A stretch of 64,000 nucleotides of DNA, taken from NCBI GenBank assembly GCA_964416205.1, contig CAYQDC010000001.1, forward strand, positions 7,822-71,821, given 5' to 3'. This DNA comes from an uncultured Acetobacter sp. GTDB taxonomy: Bacteria > Pseudomonadota > Alphaproteobacteria > RF32 > CAG-239. The notes below the pieces were generated by a model. It had not been told where the DNA came from, searched no databases, and was given only the letters and a program-made list of their open reading frames with translations. This document shows, one piece after another, positions 20,720-31,254 of this stretch. Position numbers and translations under genes: made by a program. Position 1 is the stretch's first letter. Every line of letters starts with the position of its first letter.

Positions 20720-23281
20720 ATGAATATTGAAAAATATACAGTTAAAACACAGGAAGTGGTAAAAAGTACGGTTGACTTAGCCATAAAAAAAGGCAATCAA
20801 TTTGTTACACCGTTGCACCTGTTGGCGACCATTTTGGATTTAAAAGACCCGACGATGGAACATCTTATCAGCGAAAGCGGGGGTAATCTACCAGTTTTGC
20901 AGGAAAACATTGCCTCTGAACTTGAGAAGTTGCCGGCAGTTTCGGGAGAAAACGTTCAAAGTTCACTCTCGCAAGAATTAAGCCGTTTGTTGCTCGAGGC
21001 TGAAAGTTTTGCTGAAAAAAATAACGACAAATTCGTTACATTGGAGCGGTTGCTACAGGTTTTGGCACAATCAGCTGGCAACAAAGCTTCCGAACTTTTA
21101 AAATCCAGTGGGGTTAATCCGGTTAAACTGAATCAGGCGATCGCTACCTATCGCAAAGGGCGACTTGCTGATACTGAAACAGCTGAAGATACATTTGAAA
21201 GCCTGAAGAAATTTACTATAGATTTGACTGCACGCGCCAAAGAAGGTAAACTTGATCCGGTTATCGGGCGTGATGCTGAAATTCGTCGCACAATACAGGT
21301 TTTGTCACGGCGTACAAAAAACAATCCAGTGCTTATCGGTGAACCTGGTGTTGGTAAGACGGCGATTGTTGAAGGTCTGGCCATGCGCATTATTAACAAT
21401 GATGTACCCGAAAGCTTACGTCACAAGCGTCTGCTCGCTCTAGATATGGGGGCGCTGATTGCCGGAGCAAAATACCGTGGCGAATTTGAAGAGCGCTTAA
21501 AATCAGTGTTGAAAGAAGTGGAAGAGGCTGAAGGGACTATCATTTTGTTTATTGATGAAATGCACACGATTGTTGGTGCCGGTGCCAACGAAGGTTCCAT
21601 GGATGCCTCTAACCTTCTGAAACCAGCTCTGGCACGCGGTGAATTGCATTGCGTCGGTGCAACAACCCTTAACGAATATAAAAAATATGTTGAGAAAGAT
21701 GCAGCACTTGCCAGGCGTTTCCAACCGGTTTATGTTGACGAGCCAAACGTGGAAGAAACTATTACCATTTTACGTGGTATTAAAGAGAAATTTGAACTGC
21801 ACCACGGCGTTCGCATTTCCGATGCGGCTTTGATTGCAGCTGCAACGCTGGCCAACCGATATATCGCTGACCGTTATATGCCAGATAAAGCAATTGACCT
21901 GATGGATGAGGCGGCTTCTTCCCTGCGGATGACGATTGATTCCAAACCGGAAGAATTGGATACGCTTGATCGTAAAATCTTGCAATTAAAGATTGAAAAA
22001 GAAGCGTTAAAGAAAGAAACCGACGAAAATTCAAAATCCCGCTTTGCCGATGTTGAAAAAGAGCTAGTCAACCTAGAAGAAGAAGCACGTTACCTTGATG
22101 CAAAATGGAAAATGGAAAAACAAGATCTACAGCATATTACCGAAATTAAAGATAAGCTGGACAAAGCTAGGAGCGAAGCACAGATCGCCGAACGTAACGG
22201 ACTTTATGAGCGTGCAGGTGAGCTACAATATGATATTATCCCAAAGCTTTATGCCGAATTAACAGAACTGGAGAAAAACACTCAAAAGAAAGAGCAGCAA
22301 ACCGTGCAGCCGGAAGATATCGCCAAAGTTGTTTCTAAATGGACTGGCATCCCGACTGATAAAATGCTTTCTTCCGAACGGGAAAAATTGCTACATCTGG
22401 AAGATTCTCTCAAAAAGAGAGTGATCGGACAAGATGAGGCAGTTGAAGCTGTTGCCAATGCAGTGCGACGCTCCAGATCCGGCATTTCCAATCCGAACCA
22501 GCCCATCGGCTCTTTCCTGTTTTTAGGACCAACCGGTGTTGGCAAAACCGAATTGAGTAAGAGCCTGGCAGAATTTCTGTTTAATGATGAAAATGCCATG
22601 TTGCGCATTGATATGTCGGAGTATATGGAAAAACATTCCGTGGCGCGACTTATCGGCTCTCCTCCAGGATATGTCGGCTATGAAGAAGGTGGTATCCTAA
22701 CTGAAAGCGTTCGCCGACGTCCTTATCAGGTTATTCTGTTTGATGAAGTGGAGAAAGCGCATCCCGATGTGTTTAATATCCTGCTGCAGGTCCTGGATGA
22801 CGGCAGATTAACAGACAGCAAAGGGCGGACGATGGACTTCAAAAACACCATTATCATCATGACTTCCAACCTCGGTGCTGAATACTTGATTAATCCGGAA
22901 TTGACGTCGGAACAACAAACTGAAAAGGTTCTGGAATCTTTGAAAACAGCTTTTCGTCCCGAATTTATCAATCGTATTGACGATATTGTCATCTTTAAAC
23001 GGCTGACAAAGGAAAATATTAAATCTATTGCCACATTGGCAATGGCCAATATTGAAAAACGCTTGGCTGACCGTGGTATTAAACTGCGGTTGACCCCGAC
23101 AGCCGATGAGTGGATTGTTGAACATGGATACGATGAAGTATATGGTGCACGCCCACTCAAACGGCTGCTTAAAAAAGAGTTGGAAAACAAATTGGCCTAT
23201 GCTCTTTTAGCTGATGAAATTTATAATAATTCGGTAGTTGAGGTTGATACCGATAATAACGAGCTGGTTTTTAACAAATAA
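20720..23281 (+). CDS. clpB: ATP-dependent chaperone ClpB
   Basis: N-domain, two AAA+ modules ([16 protein letters not shown]), coiled-coil middle domain, 853 aa. Confidence 0.95.
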   Translation: MNIEKYTVKTQEVVKSTVDLAIKKGNQFVTPLHLLATILDLKDPTMEHLISESGGNLPVLQENIASELEKLPAVSGENVQSSLSQELSRLLLEAESFAEKNNDKFVTLERLLQVLAQSAGNKASELLKSSGVNPVKLNQAIATYRKGRLADTETAEDTFESLKKFTIDLTARAKEGKLDPVIGRDAEIRRTIQVLSRRTKNNPVLIGEPGVGKTAIVEGLAMRIINNDVPESLRHKRLLALDMGALIAGAKYRGEFEERLKSVLKEVEEAEGTIILFIDEMHTIVGAGANEGSMDASNLLKPALARGELHCVGATTLNEYKKYVEKDAALARRFQPVYVDEPNVEETITILRGIKEKFELHHGVRISDAALIAAATLANRYIADRYMPDKAIDLMDEAASSLRMTIDSKPEELDTLDRKILQLKIEKEALKKETDENSKSRFADVEKELVNLEEEARYLDAKWKMEKQDLQHITEIKDKLDKARSEAQIAERNGLYERAGELQYDIIPKLYAELTELEKNTQKKEQQTVQPEDIAKVVSKWTGIPTDKMLSSEREKLLHLEDSLKKRVIGQDEAVEAVANAVRRSRSGISNPNQPIGSFLFLGPTGVGKTELSKSLAEFLFNDENAMLRIDMSEYMEKHSVARLIGSPPGYVGYEEGGILTESVRRRPYQVILFDEVEKAHPDVFNILLQVLDDGRLTDSKGRTMDFKNTIIIMTSNLGAEYLINPELTSEQQTEKVLESLKTAFRPEFINRIDDIVIFKRLTKENIKSIATLAMANIEKRLADRGIKLRLTPTADEWIVEHGYDEVYGARPLKRLLKKELENKLAYALLADEIYNNSVVEVDTDNNELVFNK

Positions 23282-23299
23282 TTAAGGTGCGCCTGTTAT

Positions 23300-23332
23300 A
23301 AAATCCCTGCAATCAATTGCAGGGATTTTTTG
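23300..23332 (+). terminator. rho-independent terminator after clpB
   Basis: AATCCCTGCAAT-ca-ATTGCAGGGATT stem followed by TTTTTTG. Confidence 0.7.
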
Positions 23333-23348
23333 TATCGGGAAAAGTTTT

Positions 23349-24767
23349 ATGACTGCCAAATTGAAATACGTTTTGCTTGCCGTTGTTTTTTTGCTGGGAT
23401 ATACCAGTTTATCTTTTGAACTTATCGTTTTGCGGCAGCTGATAAACTTTGTTGGTTCAAATACACTGATTACCTCCGTAGTTATGGCTTTCATTTTACT
23501 ATTTTTATCGGTCGGTTATTATATCGGTTCGGTTATACATTTTTCCCGACGGCCAGTACGTATTATAATGGTTAATTTTGCCAAAATTTTAATCGTTTGG
23601 TACATTATTGCCGGCTCTTATTATCTGCTTGAAGTTTATTTTTATCTGATATTTTTTTCGGGATTGCGTTCAAGTTTGGGGTTTGTCTTTGTCTTTTCAG
23701 CAGTTTTCCTTGCTTTTCCTTCCGTCTGTCTTGGTTTTATCACATCTGTTGCCGGACGGGTTTTACATCGTTACGATACAGATTATACCGGACGCTTTAT
23801 GGCGGTTGATACTATCGGTAGCGTTCTCGGATCTTTGGCGACAACATTGATATTTATGCCGGTTTTTGGCGTAGCGACTACGGTGGTTATTCTAACCATT
23901 GCCGCCACTGCCACTACTCTGTTGCTTTGCCCATGCCGGCAACGCAAAGAAACGCTGGCTTTATCCTTGCTACTGATACTCTTTGCTATTACTGTAAATA
24001 ATGAAAAATTTATGAATCGTAACCATACACTGATTAAAGATGATGCCATCTCACGTATTGAAATAGAACCGGATGATTTTGACCAGAGCGGACGCCCGCA
24101 GTCAAAAATTTTGCACATCAACGGATCTTTTTCTTCCAAAGTATCCGAAAAAGAGGAATTGATGTTCGGCTATGTGCGTTTTATTAACGATACTTTCATT
24201 AAAACGCTCCCAAAAGATAAGCCGCGTGATATTCTTATTCTTGGCGCTGGTGGCTTCACCATCGGGTTAAATGACAGTTTTCATCATTACACCTTTTTGG
24301 ATATAGATAAAGATCTTAAAGATATATCCGAACAGGAGTTTTTACAAAAAAAACTGCCCGAAAACCAAAAGTTTATTGCCCAGGATGCCTATTTGTTTAT
24401 GCTTAATGCAACACATAAATATGATCTAATTGTGGTTGATGTTTATTCGGCTGTGCGCAGTATCCCGATGAATTTTGTTACAACCGATTTTTTCCAAAAA
24501 GTAAAATCACATCTGAAAAATAACGGAATTATGGTGGCCAACATCGTGACTTCACCTTCTTTTGACAATGAATTTTCCAGACGTATTGACAATACACTGC
24601 GACAAGTTTTTCCTCGTTATTTACAACGTCAGATTTTAGGTTATTATAATCCTTACCATAGTGAGAAAGGTTTTATGGCCAATGTTGTTTATGCTTATTA
24701 TAACCGCCCTGTCGATGATGTTTTTTATACACTGAATAAGAATTCGTCTTTATACGGACAATGGTAA
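23349..24767 (+). CDS. membrane-anchored spermidine synthase-like (aminopropyltransferase-fold) protein
   Basis: N-terminal ~200 aa with multiple TM helices fused to SAM-MTase/spermidine synthase-like core (ILILGAGGF...DLIVVD...NGIMVAN). Confidence 0.6.
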   Translation: MTAKLKYVLLAVVFLLGYTSLSFELIVLRQLINFVGSNTLITSVVMAFILLFLSVGYYIGSVIHFSRRPVRIIMVNFAKILIVWYIIAGSYYLLEVYFYLIFFSGLRSSLGFVFVFSAVFLAFPSVCLGFITSVAGRVLHRYDTDYTGRFMAVDTIGSVLGSLATTLIFMPVFGVATTVVILTIAATATTLLLCPCRQRKETLALSLLLILFAITVNNEKFMNRNHTLIKDDAISRIEIEPDDFDQSGRPQSKILHINGSFSSKVSEKEELMFGYVRFINDTFIKTLPKDKPRDILILGAGGFTIGLNDSFHHYTFLDIDKDLKDISEQEFLQKKLPENQKFIAQDAYLFMLNATHKYDLIVVDVYSAVRSIPMNFVTTDFFQKVKSHLKNNGIMVANIVTSPSFDNEFSRRIDNTLRQVFPRYLQRQILGYYNPYHSEKGFMANVVYAYYNRPVDDVFYTLNKNSSLYGQW

Positions 24768-24841
24768 TAAAAAGCTTTACACACCTTTAAAAATATAGTA
24801 TAATATTTTTGATGTTAAAATTTATATTTATGGAGGTTGTT

Positions 24842-25969
24842 ATGTCCGGCGAGCGTTCAGAGCTGAAACAAAGCCTGAAAGAAGATGCCTGCAAAATCTG
24901 GAACAAGATTAAGACGGCGACCGTTCGTTATGGCAAATACGGCCTGGTGATGCTGGGGTTGTCAACGCCTGTCTCTGTTGCCTCAGTTGTGGAACAATCT
25001 TCTGAGCACAAGCAATATATACAAGATATGAATAATCGCGAAAAAAGGTTTGAAAACAGATTGAAAATTTATGAGTTAAACGAACGACAAAACAATACCA
25101 TCTATCAAAACACACAAACTATCGGTGGAGAGCAGACTTTTATAGACTGGAACAAAGTTGCTGGACAGTCTTTGCAAATGCCGTGGTTAAAAAACGATAC
25201 CAAGCAGAAGGCTCTTGACATTTATAATAAAGCTATCGACAACCATATTTCCAGTGAACTTTCTATTCAGGAACTTCTGGAAAAAACAGGTGTTACCCAA
25301 GCGGACATTCAGGCAGTTGTTGATAAAAATCCGGACATGGCCTTTTGTTTTACACCGGGCGAGAAAGGCAAAGCTATTTGTAAGACTGCACGGCAAGTGA
25401 CGGGGCAACCACAAGGCAAATGTCTTTCCGGCATGCAGACCATTGTAGCTAATTCCGGTATCGGCATTGATATCGGTCGCAACAATCCGGACTGGCCGGA
25501 AACTGAAGTCGGTGCAGGACGTAGCAACTCTGCCTGTAATATCTCTGTTCCTTTGGAAAAGACCGGACAGTTTATTACGGTTGCATTAGACAATGAAGCC
25601 TATCAAAAACAGGGATTTTCCCCTGAATATCTTAAAATGCAGGAGATTAACGGTAAAATACCCATTGGCACCATCGTTTCTATTGACAACAAATTACCGG
25701 ATGAAATATCTGGTCGTAAAATTCGGACTTCCAGCGAAAAACACGGACACACATGGACCCCGTGTGGCAACGGCGTATATGCCAGTGACGGAGTGGAAAG
25801 AAATATCCATTTTCACAATTATGGTAAAAAGGTATATATGTCCTATGCCACAGATTGCACCGTACCTAAAGAAATGGCTTTAAAATGTATTGAACAGGCA
25901 CAAATCCGCCAGCAAAAAGAGCAACAACTTACCCAAACTCGCATTTGGGAACAGCAACAGACGCGATAA
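24842..25969 (+). CDS. hypothetical protein (375 aa) with N-terminal hydrophobic anchor and Q-rich C-terminus
   Basis: GGAGG RBS before ATG 24842; hydrophobic YGLVMLGLSTPVSVASVV; no catalytic motif seen. Confidence 0.5.
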   Translation: MSGERSELKQSLKEDACKIWNKIKTATVRYGKYGLVMLGLSTPVSVASVVEQSSEHKQYIQDMNNREKRFENRLKIYELNERQNNTIYQNTQTIGGEQTFIDWNKVAGQSLQMPWLKNDTKQKALDIYNKAIDNHISSELSIQELLEKTGVTQADIQAVVDKNPDMAFCFTPGEKGKAICKTARQVTGQPQGKCLSGMQTIVANSGIGIDIGRNNPDWPETEVGAGRSNSACNISVPLEKTGQFITVALDNEAYQKQGFSPEYLKMQEINGKIPIGTIVSIDNKLPDEISGRKIRTSSEKHGHTWTPCGNGVYASDGVERNIHFHNYGKKVYMSYATDCTVPKEMALKCIEQAQIRQQKEQQLTQTRIWEQQQTR

Positions 25970-26104
25970 AAGAGAAACGATGACCAATACGGAAAATCTA
26001 AAGAGGTGGTGCTGTTACCGACCAAGCGCAGTTATTGCTCAGAAACAGTGAAAATAACAAAGCTATGGATCTGCCAGGTGTGAATTACGGCTCACTGGCA
26101 CGCA

Positions 26105-26446
26105 ATGTCATGGAAAAGGTTTTACCTTTCGCAGAACGATTTGATACATATGTTTGGCAAAATATCAGATATTCCGAAAAATATCGCCGATAAAATCTCT
26201 AAAAACGAACGCCTAAATGGGCCGCAGAGTAGCCAAAGAAATCGCCCCAACGTATGTGTGAAAATGACGAGTAGAAGAAAATGCCGACTATTAGAACAAA
26301 AGCAGCGAGCCCAAGCCCAAAGTATCATCTCAAAAAAAGAAATAAAAGAAAGCTTTAAAGAGAGTATAGTTTCAGCTTCAACACCATTGGTCAAACCTGA
26401 AACGCCAACACAAGAAGAAAGTAGGAAAGAAGTTAAGAAACTTTAG
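26105..26446 (+). CDS. questionable basic/K-rich ORF (113 aa)
   Basis: Low-complexity basic ORF in a region that otherwise looks decayed. Confidence 0.2.
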   Translation: MSWKRFYLSQNDLIHMFGKISDIPKNIADKISKNERLNGPQSSQRNRPNVCVKMTSRRKCRLLEQKQRAQAQSIISKKEIKESFKESIVSASTPLVKPETPTQEESRKEVKKL

Positions 26447-26534
26447 AACAAGAAAATGAAGAAATGGCACGAAAATAGGTAATATCAAGGCATGGTATCA
26501 CCAAACCAACCTATTATCGGTATAAGGAACTATT

Positions 26535-27060
26535 ATGAAAAAAATTATGGAAAAAACTTTTGCACAATCCAACGCCGGTGAAATCATCTTGGATTTGGTA
26601 AAAAAAAGGAGAAAATCCCCGAAAAGTCTTTGACCTGCCAGAAAAATACGCGATTATATATAGGTATTTTCAAAAGGCCAGGAAGCACCACGATGAATTT
26701 CTGATCAATATCTTTGACAGACTAAGCGCAAAAGAGATGGCATTGCTTTTACTGTGTGACGTTATTGAAAACGGCTGAGACGTTATTGGGATTATAGGTG
26801 ATATCCGTGGCTTGCCAAACGCAAAAAAGATAAGCATAATTTTGCTGGAATGTGTTAACTTTTACGATAATAAGCTCAACGATGAACCTGTGTACGAGCT
26901 CATATCTAAAGTCAGTCCCAAGACATACAGGCAATTTCATAACGTGTATGCACAAGGTATGTTTCAAGGGGCGTCGGGTGCACGATGATATATGTGCAAG
27001 AAGAAGGGATATGTATCCGAAGTACTGACAGAAGTCATGACAAAGATTTTAAGCCATATA
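26535..27060 (+). pseudogene. fragmented gene remnant split over three frames
   Basis: Consecutive short ORFs in shifting + frames (MKKIMEKTFAQSNAGEIILDL... / ...LSAKEMALLLLCDVIENG / DVIGIIGDIRGLPNAKK...YDNKLNDEPVYELISK...) with good-looking starts but premature stops. Confidence 0.3.
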
Positions 27061-27335
27061 GGTTAGGAATAGGAAAAACCAAAGCCAGATTGTTTGTCAT
27101 CGCATAAGAAATTCCAATACCAACCTGCCAGGCAATTATTACTTGTAGTGATGCTATTATAACGAAAACTCCCCTTTTTTTGATAGAATAAACGATTCAG
27201 GAAATTTACTAAAAGCAGAATTTTGTGCTGAAATATCGACACGAATCGACACGAAACGACCGAAAACAGCAACAACCGCTTGCAAACAATGCCTGATAAA
27301 ACGCTAAAAAACTATGGAAATACAAGCGGTTGTAT

Positions 27336-27384
27336 TGGTAGGCGCGCAGGGATTCGAACCCTGGACCCACTGATTAAGAGTGAT
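27336..27384 (-). tRNA. partial tRNA-like 3' half (T-arm + acceptor 3' strand + ACCA); putative prophage att core
   Basis: Reverse strand reads ...TCACTCTTAATCAGTGG GTC CAGGGTTCGAATCCCTG CGCGCCT A CCA; no matching D-arm or 5' acceptor strand upstream, so fragment only. Confidence 0.45.
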
Positions 27385-27458
27385 GTATTTACATAAATAA
27401 AATCAAATACTTAAGATGTGATTTTTAACTTTTGTGTTAAATTTGTGCAAATTTACCC

Positions 27459-28082
27459 TTAGACCGCGTCCTTTATCTGCTTTGCTGACGCGTCAGAAAA
27501 ATGTGTTTTGATATATCTGTCCAGCGTCCCCCAGCAACAATTCGTCAGGCGGGCAATTTGTTTTTTGGAAACGCCTTCATCAAGAAGTTTTTTTATTTCA
27601 TCGTGACGTTCTTTTAGTTTGGAATGCGTAAATCCAAATGGTCTGCCAAGGTGTCTGCCCTCATCTTTAAGCCGTTGCAGAGAATTTTTAGTACGTTCCG
27701 AGATAAGCTGGCGTTCAATTTCACTGGCCAGAGAAAAGGCAAAAGCAAGGACTTTAGATTGAATATCCGCTCCCAGGCGGTAATTTTCTTTCAATGTCCA
27801 CACCTGACATTCTCTTTGCAGGCAAGTCTGCAAAATCCCCATAACCTCAAGCATATTCCTGCCAAGACGAGATATTTCCGTTGCAATCAGAGTATCACCT
27901 TTTTTCAGACGTTTTAACACTCTGTTTAGTTTTCTGTCCTGTAGTTTTTTACGAGAAGAAATCACTTCTTCTGCCCATTTATCAATAACAATATTATTCC
28001 GTTTAGCAAAGAGTTCTATTTCGTGACGCTGGTTAGCGCAGGTTTGCTGTTCGGTACTTACCCTAATATATCCATAAATCAT
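27459..28082 (-). CDS. serine recombinase (resolvase/invertase family)
   Basis: MIYGYIRVSTEQQ catalytic Ser region, resolvase core and C-terminal HTH; 207 aa. Confidence 0.85.
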   Translation of the reverse strand: MIYGYIRVSTEQQTCANQRHEIELFAKRNNIVIDKWAEEVISSRKKLQDRKLNRVLKRLKKGDTLIATEISRLGRNMLEVMGILQTCLQRECQVWTLKENYRLGADIQSKVLAFAFSLASEIERQLISERTKNSLQRLKDEGRHLGRPFGFTHSKLKERHDEIKKLLDEGVSKKQIARLTNCCWGTLDRYIKTHFSDASAKQIKDAV

Positions 28083-28085
28083 TTC

Positions 28086-29174
28086 TTATCCTTGTTTAAA
28101 AACATCATCCATAACCGAGATAACCCTGTTATTAAATGGATGGGCGTATTTAAGCGTTGTTTTGATATTTGAGTGCGCCAGCGAGTCTTTGACCAGGCGC
28201 AAATCTCCGGTAGAATTATATATCCATGTAGCGTGCGTATGGCGCAGGGTATGAATGGTATAATGTGGAAGTCCGGCGCGTTTAAGCGCATTGTTCCACG
28301 CTTTATTTATCCTTTTTACCGGCATTCCCTTATAGGTAAATATATAATCAGAGTTATGGGGCAGGGTATCAAGTAATTCCTTTAAGACCGGAAAAATGGG
28401 TTTGCGCTGCATTTTTCCACCCTCAAATTTACAGTCTTTTACTCTGATGATAATTTCATCGCCGACAATATCCGTCCATTTCAGATTTAAGATAGTTGAG
28501 ATTCTTAAGCCGGTATAAATAGCGGTTAAGATTATCGGCTTAATGTGCGGGGCGGAATTATCAACGATTTTGTTTACGGTTTGCCAGTCCGCAAAGTATT
28601 TCACATTTTCCGCCGGTTCTTTACGCATAAATTGCCTGATGTTAATATCCGGCAAATTTATTTTATGTAACCGGCAACGTGAAAAAACAGCCGACAACAA
28701 AGCCAGATAGCGGTTGATAGTGGCGTTTTTTCTGTTTTCAGCGTCTTTTGCCCTTATAAAAGCGGTAATATCCTCAACAGTTAAATTTGATATATATTGT
28801 TGCGAATTAAAGTAAGATATTAAGTTTTTCAGTTTATTAAAAGTATCTTTGGCATTGGCGTGCAATTTACCCACTTCGTCCCAGAATAAACCAAAAGCAT
28901 AATCTACAGTTACCTCTTTTAGTTGAGCTGTTTTGAATCTCGCTTGCTCGATAATGTCCTGAAGTCTTTGGTTTGCATATTGCAAAGCCTGATTGCGGTC
29001 TGTTGTGTGAGAGCTTTCGCGAATGAAAACTCTTTGTCCGCTGACGATGGTTGAAATCGTGATATGGTAGATTTTTCCCCTTTTAACGAGCTTGACAGGG
29101 GCTTTGTTGTATTTTGCAGACATTGTTCTACACTCCATTGGGGAATTAAGTATGTTGTACCGGATTGAATACAC
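28086..29174 (-). CDS. int: tyrosine integrase (phage integrase family)
   Basis: C-terminal catalytic region HTLRHTHATW...LAHSNIKTTLKYAH (R..HxxR..Y); N-terminal SAM-like domain; true start may be internal Met (~29123). Confidence 0.9.
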   Translation of the reverse strand: MYSIRYNILNSPMECRTMSAKYNKAPVKLVKRGKIYHITISTIVSGQRVFIRESSHTTDRNQALQYANQRLQDIIEQARFKTAQLKEVTVDYAFGLFWDEVGKLHANAKDTFNKLKNLISYFNSQQYISNLTVEDITAFIRAKDAENRKNATINRYLALLSAVFSRCRLHKINLPDINIRQFMRKEPAENVKYFADWQTVNKIVDNSAPHIKPIILTAIYTGLRISTILNLKWTDIVGDEIIIRVKDCKFEGGKMQRKPIFPVLKELLDTLPHNSDYIFTYKGMPVKRINKAWNNALKRAGLPHYTIHTLRHTHATWIYNSTGDLRLVKDSLAHSNIKTTLKYAHPFNNRVISVMDDVFKQG

Positions 29175-29266
29175 TTGATATAGCCTTGCCTGATCAAGTG
29201 TTCCAATCTGGTTCTGCCAATTCCCAGTTGTTTCATTACCTGTGCTTTAGTCAGTAACTGACTCAT
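28919..29266 (-). CDS. AlpA/Xis-like HTH DNA-binding protein (candidate excisionase), overlapping int 5' end
   Basis: N-terminal LTKAQVMKQLGIGRTRLEHLIRQGYI resembles AlpA-family HTH; C-terminal extent uncertain because ORF overlaps integrase frame. Confidence 0.45.
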   Translation of the reverse strand: MSQLLTKAQVMKQLGIGRTRLEHLIRQGYIKCIQSGTTYLIPQWSVEQCLQNTTKPLSSSLKGEKSTISRFQPSSADKEFSFAKALTQQTAIRLCNMQTKDFRTLSSKRDSKQLN

Positions 29267-29581
29267 CTTTTAAAACCTCCCCTTGAGTCATCTCTTCGAT
29301 GTCTTCTTCGCCACCGTGATTGATAATTATGTTTATTGCCTCAACCATTTTCTTTTTGTACTCTTCTACTTCTTTTTCTATCTCCTCTTTTTTCATTCTT
29401 TAATTCCTCCATTTTGTTAAAAGCCTCCGGTGTGCGTACAATCGGGAATATGATTCCACAATGTCCGCTTTCACCTCTTATCTTAATAATACCCGGGGCG
29501 CACAATGTAGACATCAGAGTTAATTCCAAATCCCTCCGCGCTCCTTGCTTTATTCGGTATATTCAGCAACACCCCGGCTTG

Positions 29582-29812
29582 TCATCGCTCCATTTCCGTT
29601 ACATTGTAAATCTCAACCGTGTCCGGTCTGACTAAATCAATTTCCCAAACACAAGTCTTAACTGCCAACCGGCGCGCCTCTTCTTCGCTTTCTGCCTCGA
29701 TTATGACAACGTCCGACACATCGGCTATTGCTCCAATATCAACCCTGTATTTTTTCATCTTCGCTCCTTTCTTCATAAATTTCCCAATCATCATCAATAA
29801 TTTCTCTTCCAA
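29582..29812 (-). CDS. small hypothetical phage protein
   Basis: ORF in leftward early operon. Confidence 0.3.
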   Translation of the reverse strand: MEEKLLMMIGKFMKKGAKMKKYRVDIGAIADVSDVVIIEAESEEEARRLAVKTCVWEIDLVRPDTVEIYNVTEMER

Positions 29813-29954
29813 CTAGATAATAAAGTTGCTCTTTTTCGTCGACGACTTGCCTAAATTTCCCGCTTTTGATGAAAATAAATTCACCCTCTGCCCACGATTT
29901 AAGCCGGGCTTTTGCGCCTCTTCTTAGTAACGGCAAAACCTCCTCAAAATACAT
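29739..29954 (-). CDS. small hypothetical phage protein
   Basis: ORF in leftward early operon; overlaps neighbour. Confidence 0.3.
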   Translation of the reverse strand: MYFEEVLPLLRRGAKARLKSWAEGEFIFIKSGKFRQVVDEKEQLYYLVGREIIDDDWEIYEERSEDEKIQG

Positions 29955-30196
29955 TATTTAGCCTCCTCGACTGGTTTACAGTTTTTATATGGATATATAT
30001 GTTCACTGTTAATCCTCATATAATAAGCAATTCTGCCGTTAAATCTGGTTATAGCGTCCAATACGCCCACCTTTTTTTCCTCGTCATCTTCTTCCCAAAA
30101 ATAGCAAGGAATACCCTCGTCAATAACTTTCTGCCAGTCAACACTAGGGTCTAGCCTCTCCGTTATATGAGGCAATCTGAACGCGTTAACCGGCAT
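29954..30196 (-). CDS. small hypothetical phage protein (80 aa)
   Basis: ORF packed head-to-tail in leftward operon. Confidence 0.35.
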   Translation of the reverse strand: MPVNAFRLPHITERLDPSVDWQKVIDEGIPCYFWEEDDEEKKVGVLDAITRFNGRIAYYMRINSEHIYPYKNCKPVEEAK

Positions 30197-30515
30197 TTTC
30201 TTGCTCCGCTTCTTCTATATGGTGATTAGCTCCCCACACCCGACTGCGGTTAATTTCCATTTTGGCCTTAACAATTCTCATAATTTCAGGATAATTTAAG
30301 AGATTGACGGCCGATATAATGACGTCTGCTAATTCTTCTTTGATTTTGTGAAGATTCTTAATGTCTTTGCTAATATCCTTGCTTTCGACATAATCACCTA
30401 TAGCCATTGCATATTCCGTAAACTCTTCGCACAGTTTCTGTTCCTGCTCATTTTGTGTTGCCTCCGGGAATGTATTTTTATGCCAATCTAAAATATCGTT
30501 TATTAAATCAATCAT
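30186..30515 (-). CDS. MazG-like nucleotide pyrophosphohydrolase domain protein
   Basis: EELADVIISAVNLLNY resembles MazG/EEXXE-type helix pair (by eye). Confidence 0.45.
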   Translation of the reverse strand: MIDLINDILDWHKNTFPEATQNEQEQKLCEEFTEYAMAIGDYVESKDISKDIKNLHKIKEELADVIISAVNLLNYPEIMRIVKAKMEINRSRVWGANHHIEEAEQENAG

Positions 30516-30526
30516 TTTATGCCTCC

Positions 30527-30844
30527 TTAAAACGGTATGTCATCGTCTGGCATATCCATTGCCTGTGCCGGATAATCGTGTCGGGCAGGGCGGTTGGCCA
30601 GTGTCGCTTTCAGAACTTCGCTGTAAGTACTGGCGCACAGGCGGGCAAGTTTCAGCAAATCGTCCGGCATCAGGTTAATCTGCTCGCGCGTGTATTCCTC
30701 TTCGCCTTTCTTTTTATAAGAACGTTGCAAGCACACCGAATACAGCGGAATTTCCCGCCCGTCTTCGCGGGTGTATGTTTTCATAAAGCACGAGGCCGAA
30801 AGCGCTCTGTCGCGCAGGGTAAAAATCGGTTTGTTGTCGCTCAT
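30527..30844 (-). CDS. hypothetical phage protein (105 aa)
   Basis: ORF in early operon. Confidence 0.4.
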   Translation of the reverse strand: MSDNKPIFTLRDRALSASCFMKTYTREDGREIPLYSVCLQRSYKKKGEEEYTREQINLMPDDLLKLARLCASTYSEVLKATLANRPARHDYPAQAMDMPDDDIPF

Positions 30845-31254
30845 AGTTCTTCGTATCCTTTCATAGCTAAATATTGAATTGGTGGTTCTGGCATGATAAA
30901 CATACCGTTAGTCTGGTGTTTCCAAAAAATCTCCAGACGAGTACACATTTCACCAAACGCCTCTTTGCTTAAATTAGTGGTTGTCTTTAAGCCCAGAATT
31001 TGTTTGTTAATGCGGTGGATGTCTTCGGGGATGAACGGCAAGTCAAACTTGCCGTTGGTTACGCCCGCGTTATCCAGAAACTTTGCCACGGCCGTACAAA
31101 ACACCCAATACCATCGGTTTTGCGCGCTGTGACGTGTTTCTTTGAAGTCCTTTATTTCAAATTCAACCTTTTTGCCGTCTTTGATAGCCCGGTTTGCCCT
31201 GTCCATTAACAGGTACATAGCGGTGGTAATATCTTCTTTGCTTGCGATAATCAT
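30841..31254 (-). CDS. NinB/Orf-like recombination-associated protein (tentative)
   Basis: ~137 aa, HSAQNRWYWV motif region reminiscent of NinB family; position in nin-like early region. Confidence 0.35.
   Translation of the reverse strand: MIIASKEDITTAMYLLMDRANRAIKDGKKVEFEIKDFKETRHSAQNRWYWVFCTAVAKFLDNAGVTNGKFDLPFIPEDIHRINKQILGLKTTTNLSKEAFGEMCTRLEIFWKHQTNGMFIMPEPPIQYLAMKGYEEL

Noticed and set aside
21148-23190. Multiple 60-150-aa ORFs on both strands inside clpB
   Set aside because: ClpB is unambiguous; these are frame artefacts.
27336-27420. Intact tRNA or tmRNA gene at the prophage junction
   Set aside because: Only the 3' ~49 nt are tRNA-like and no D-arm or 5' acceptor strand follows. 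The acceptor stem lacks the G3:U70 expected for a tmRNA tRNA-like domain.
29336-29635. 99-aa + strand ORF and 62-aa - strand ORF just left of the early operon
   Set aside because: Mutually overlapping, no RBS, hydrophobic low-complexity translations; likely non-coding promoter or att-proximal region.
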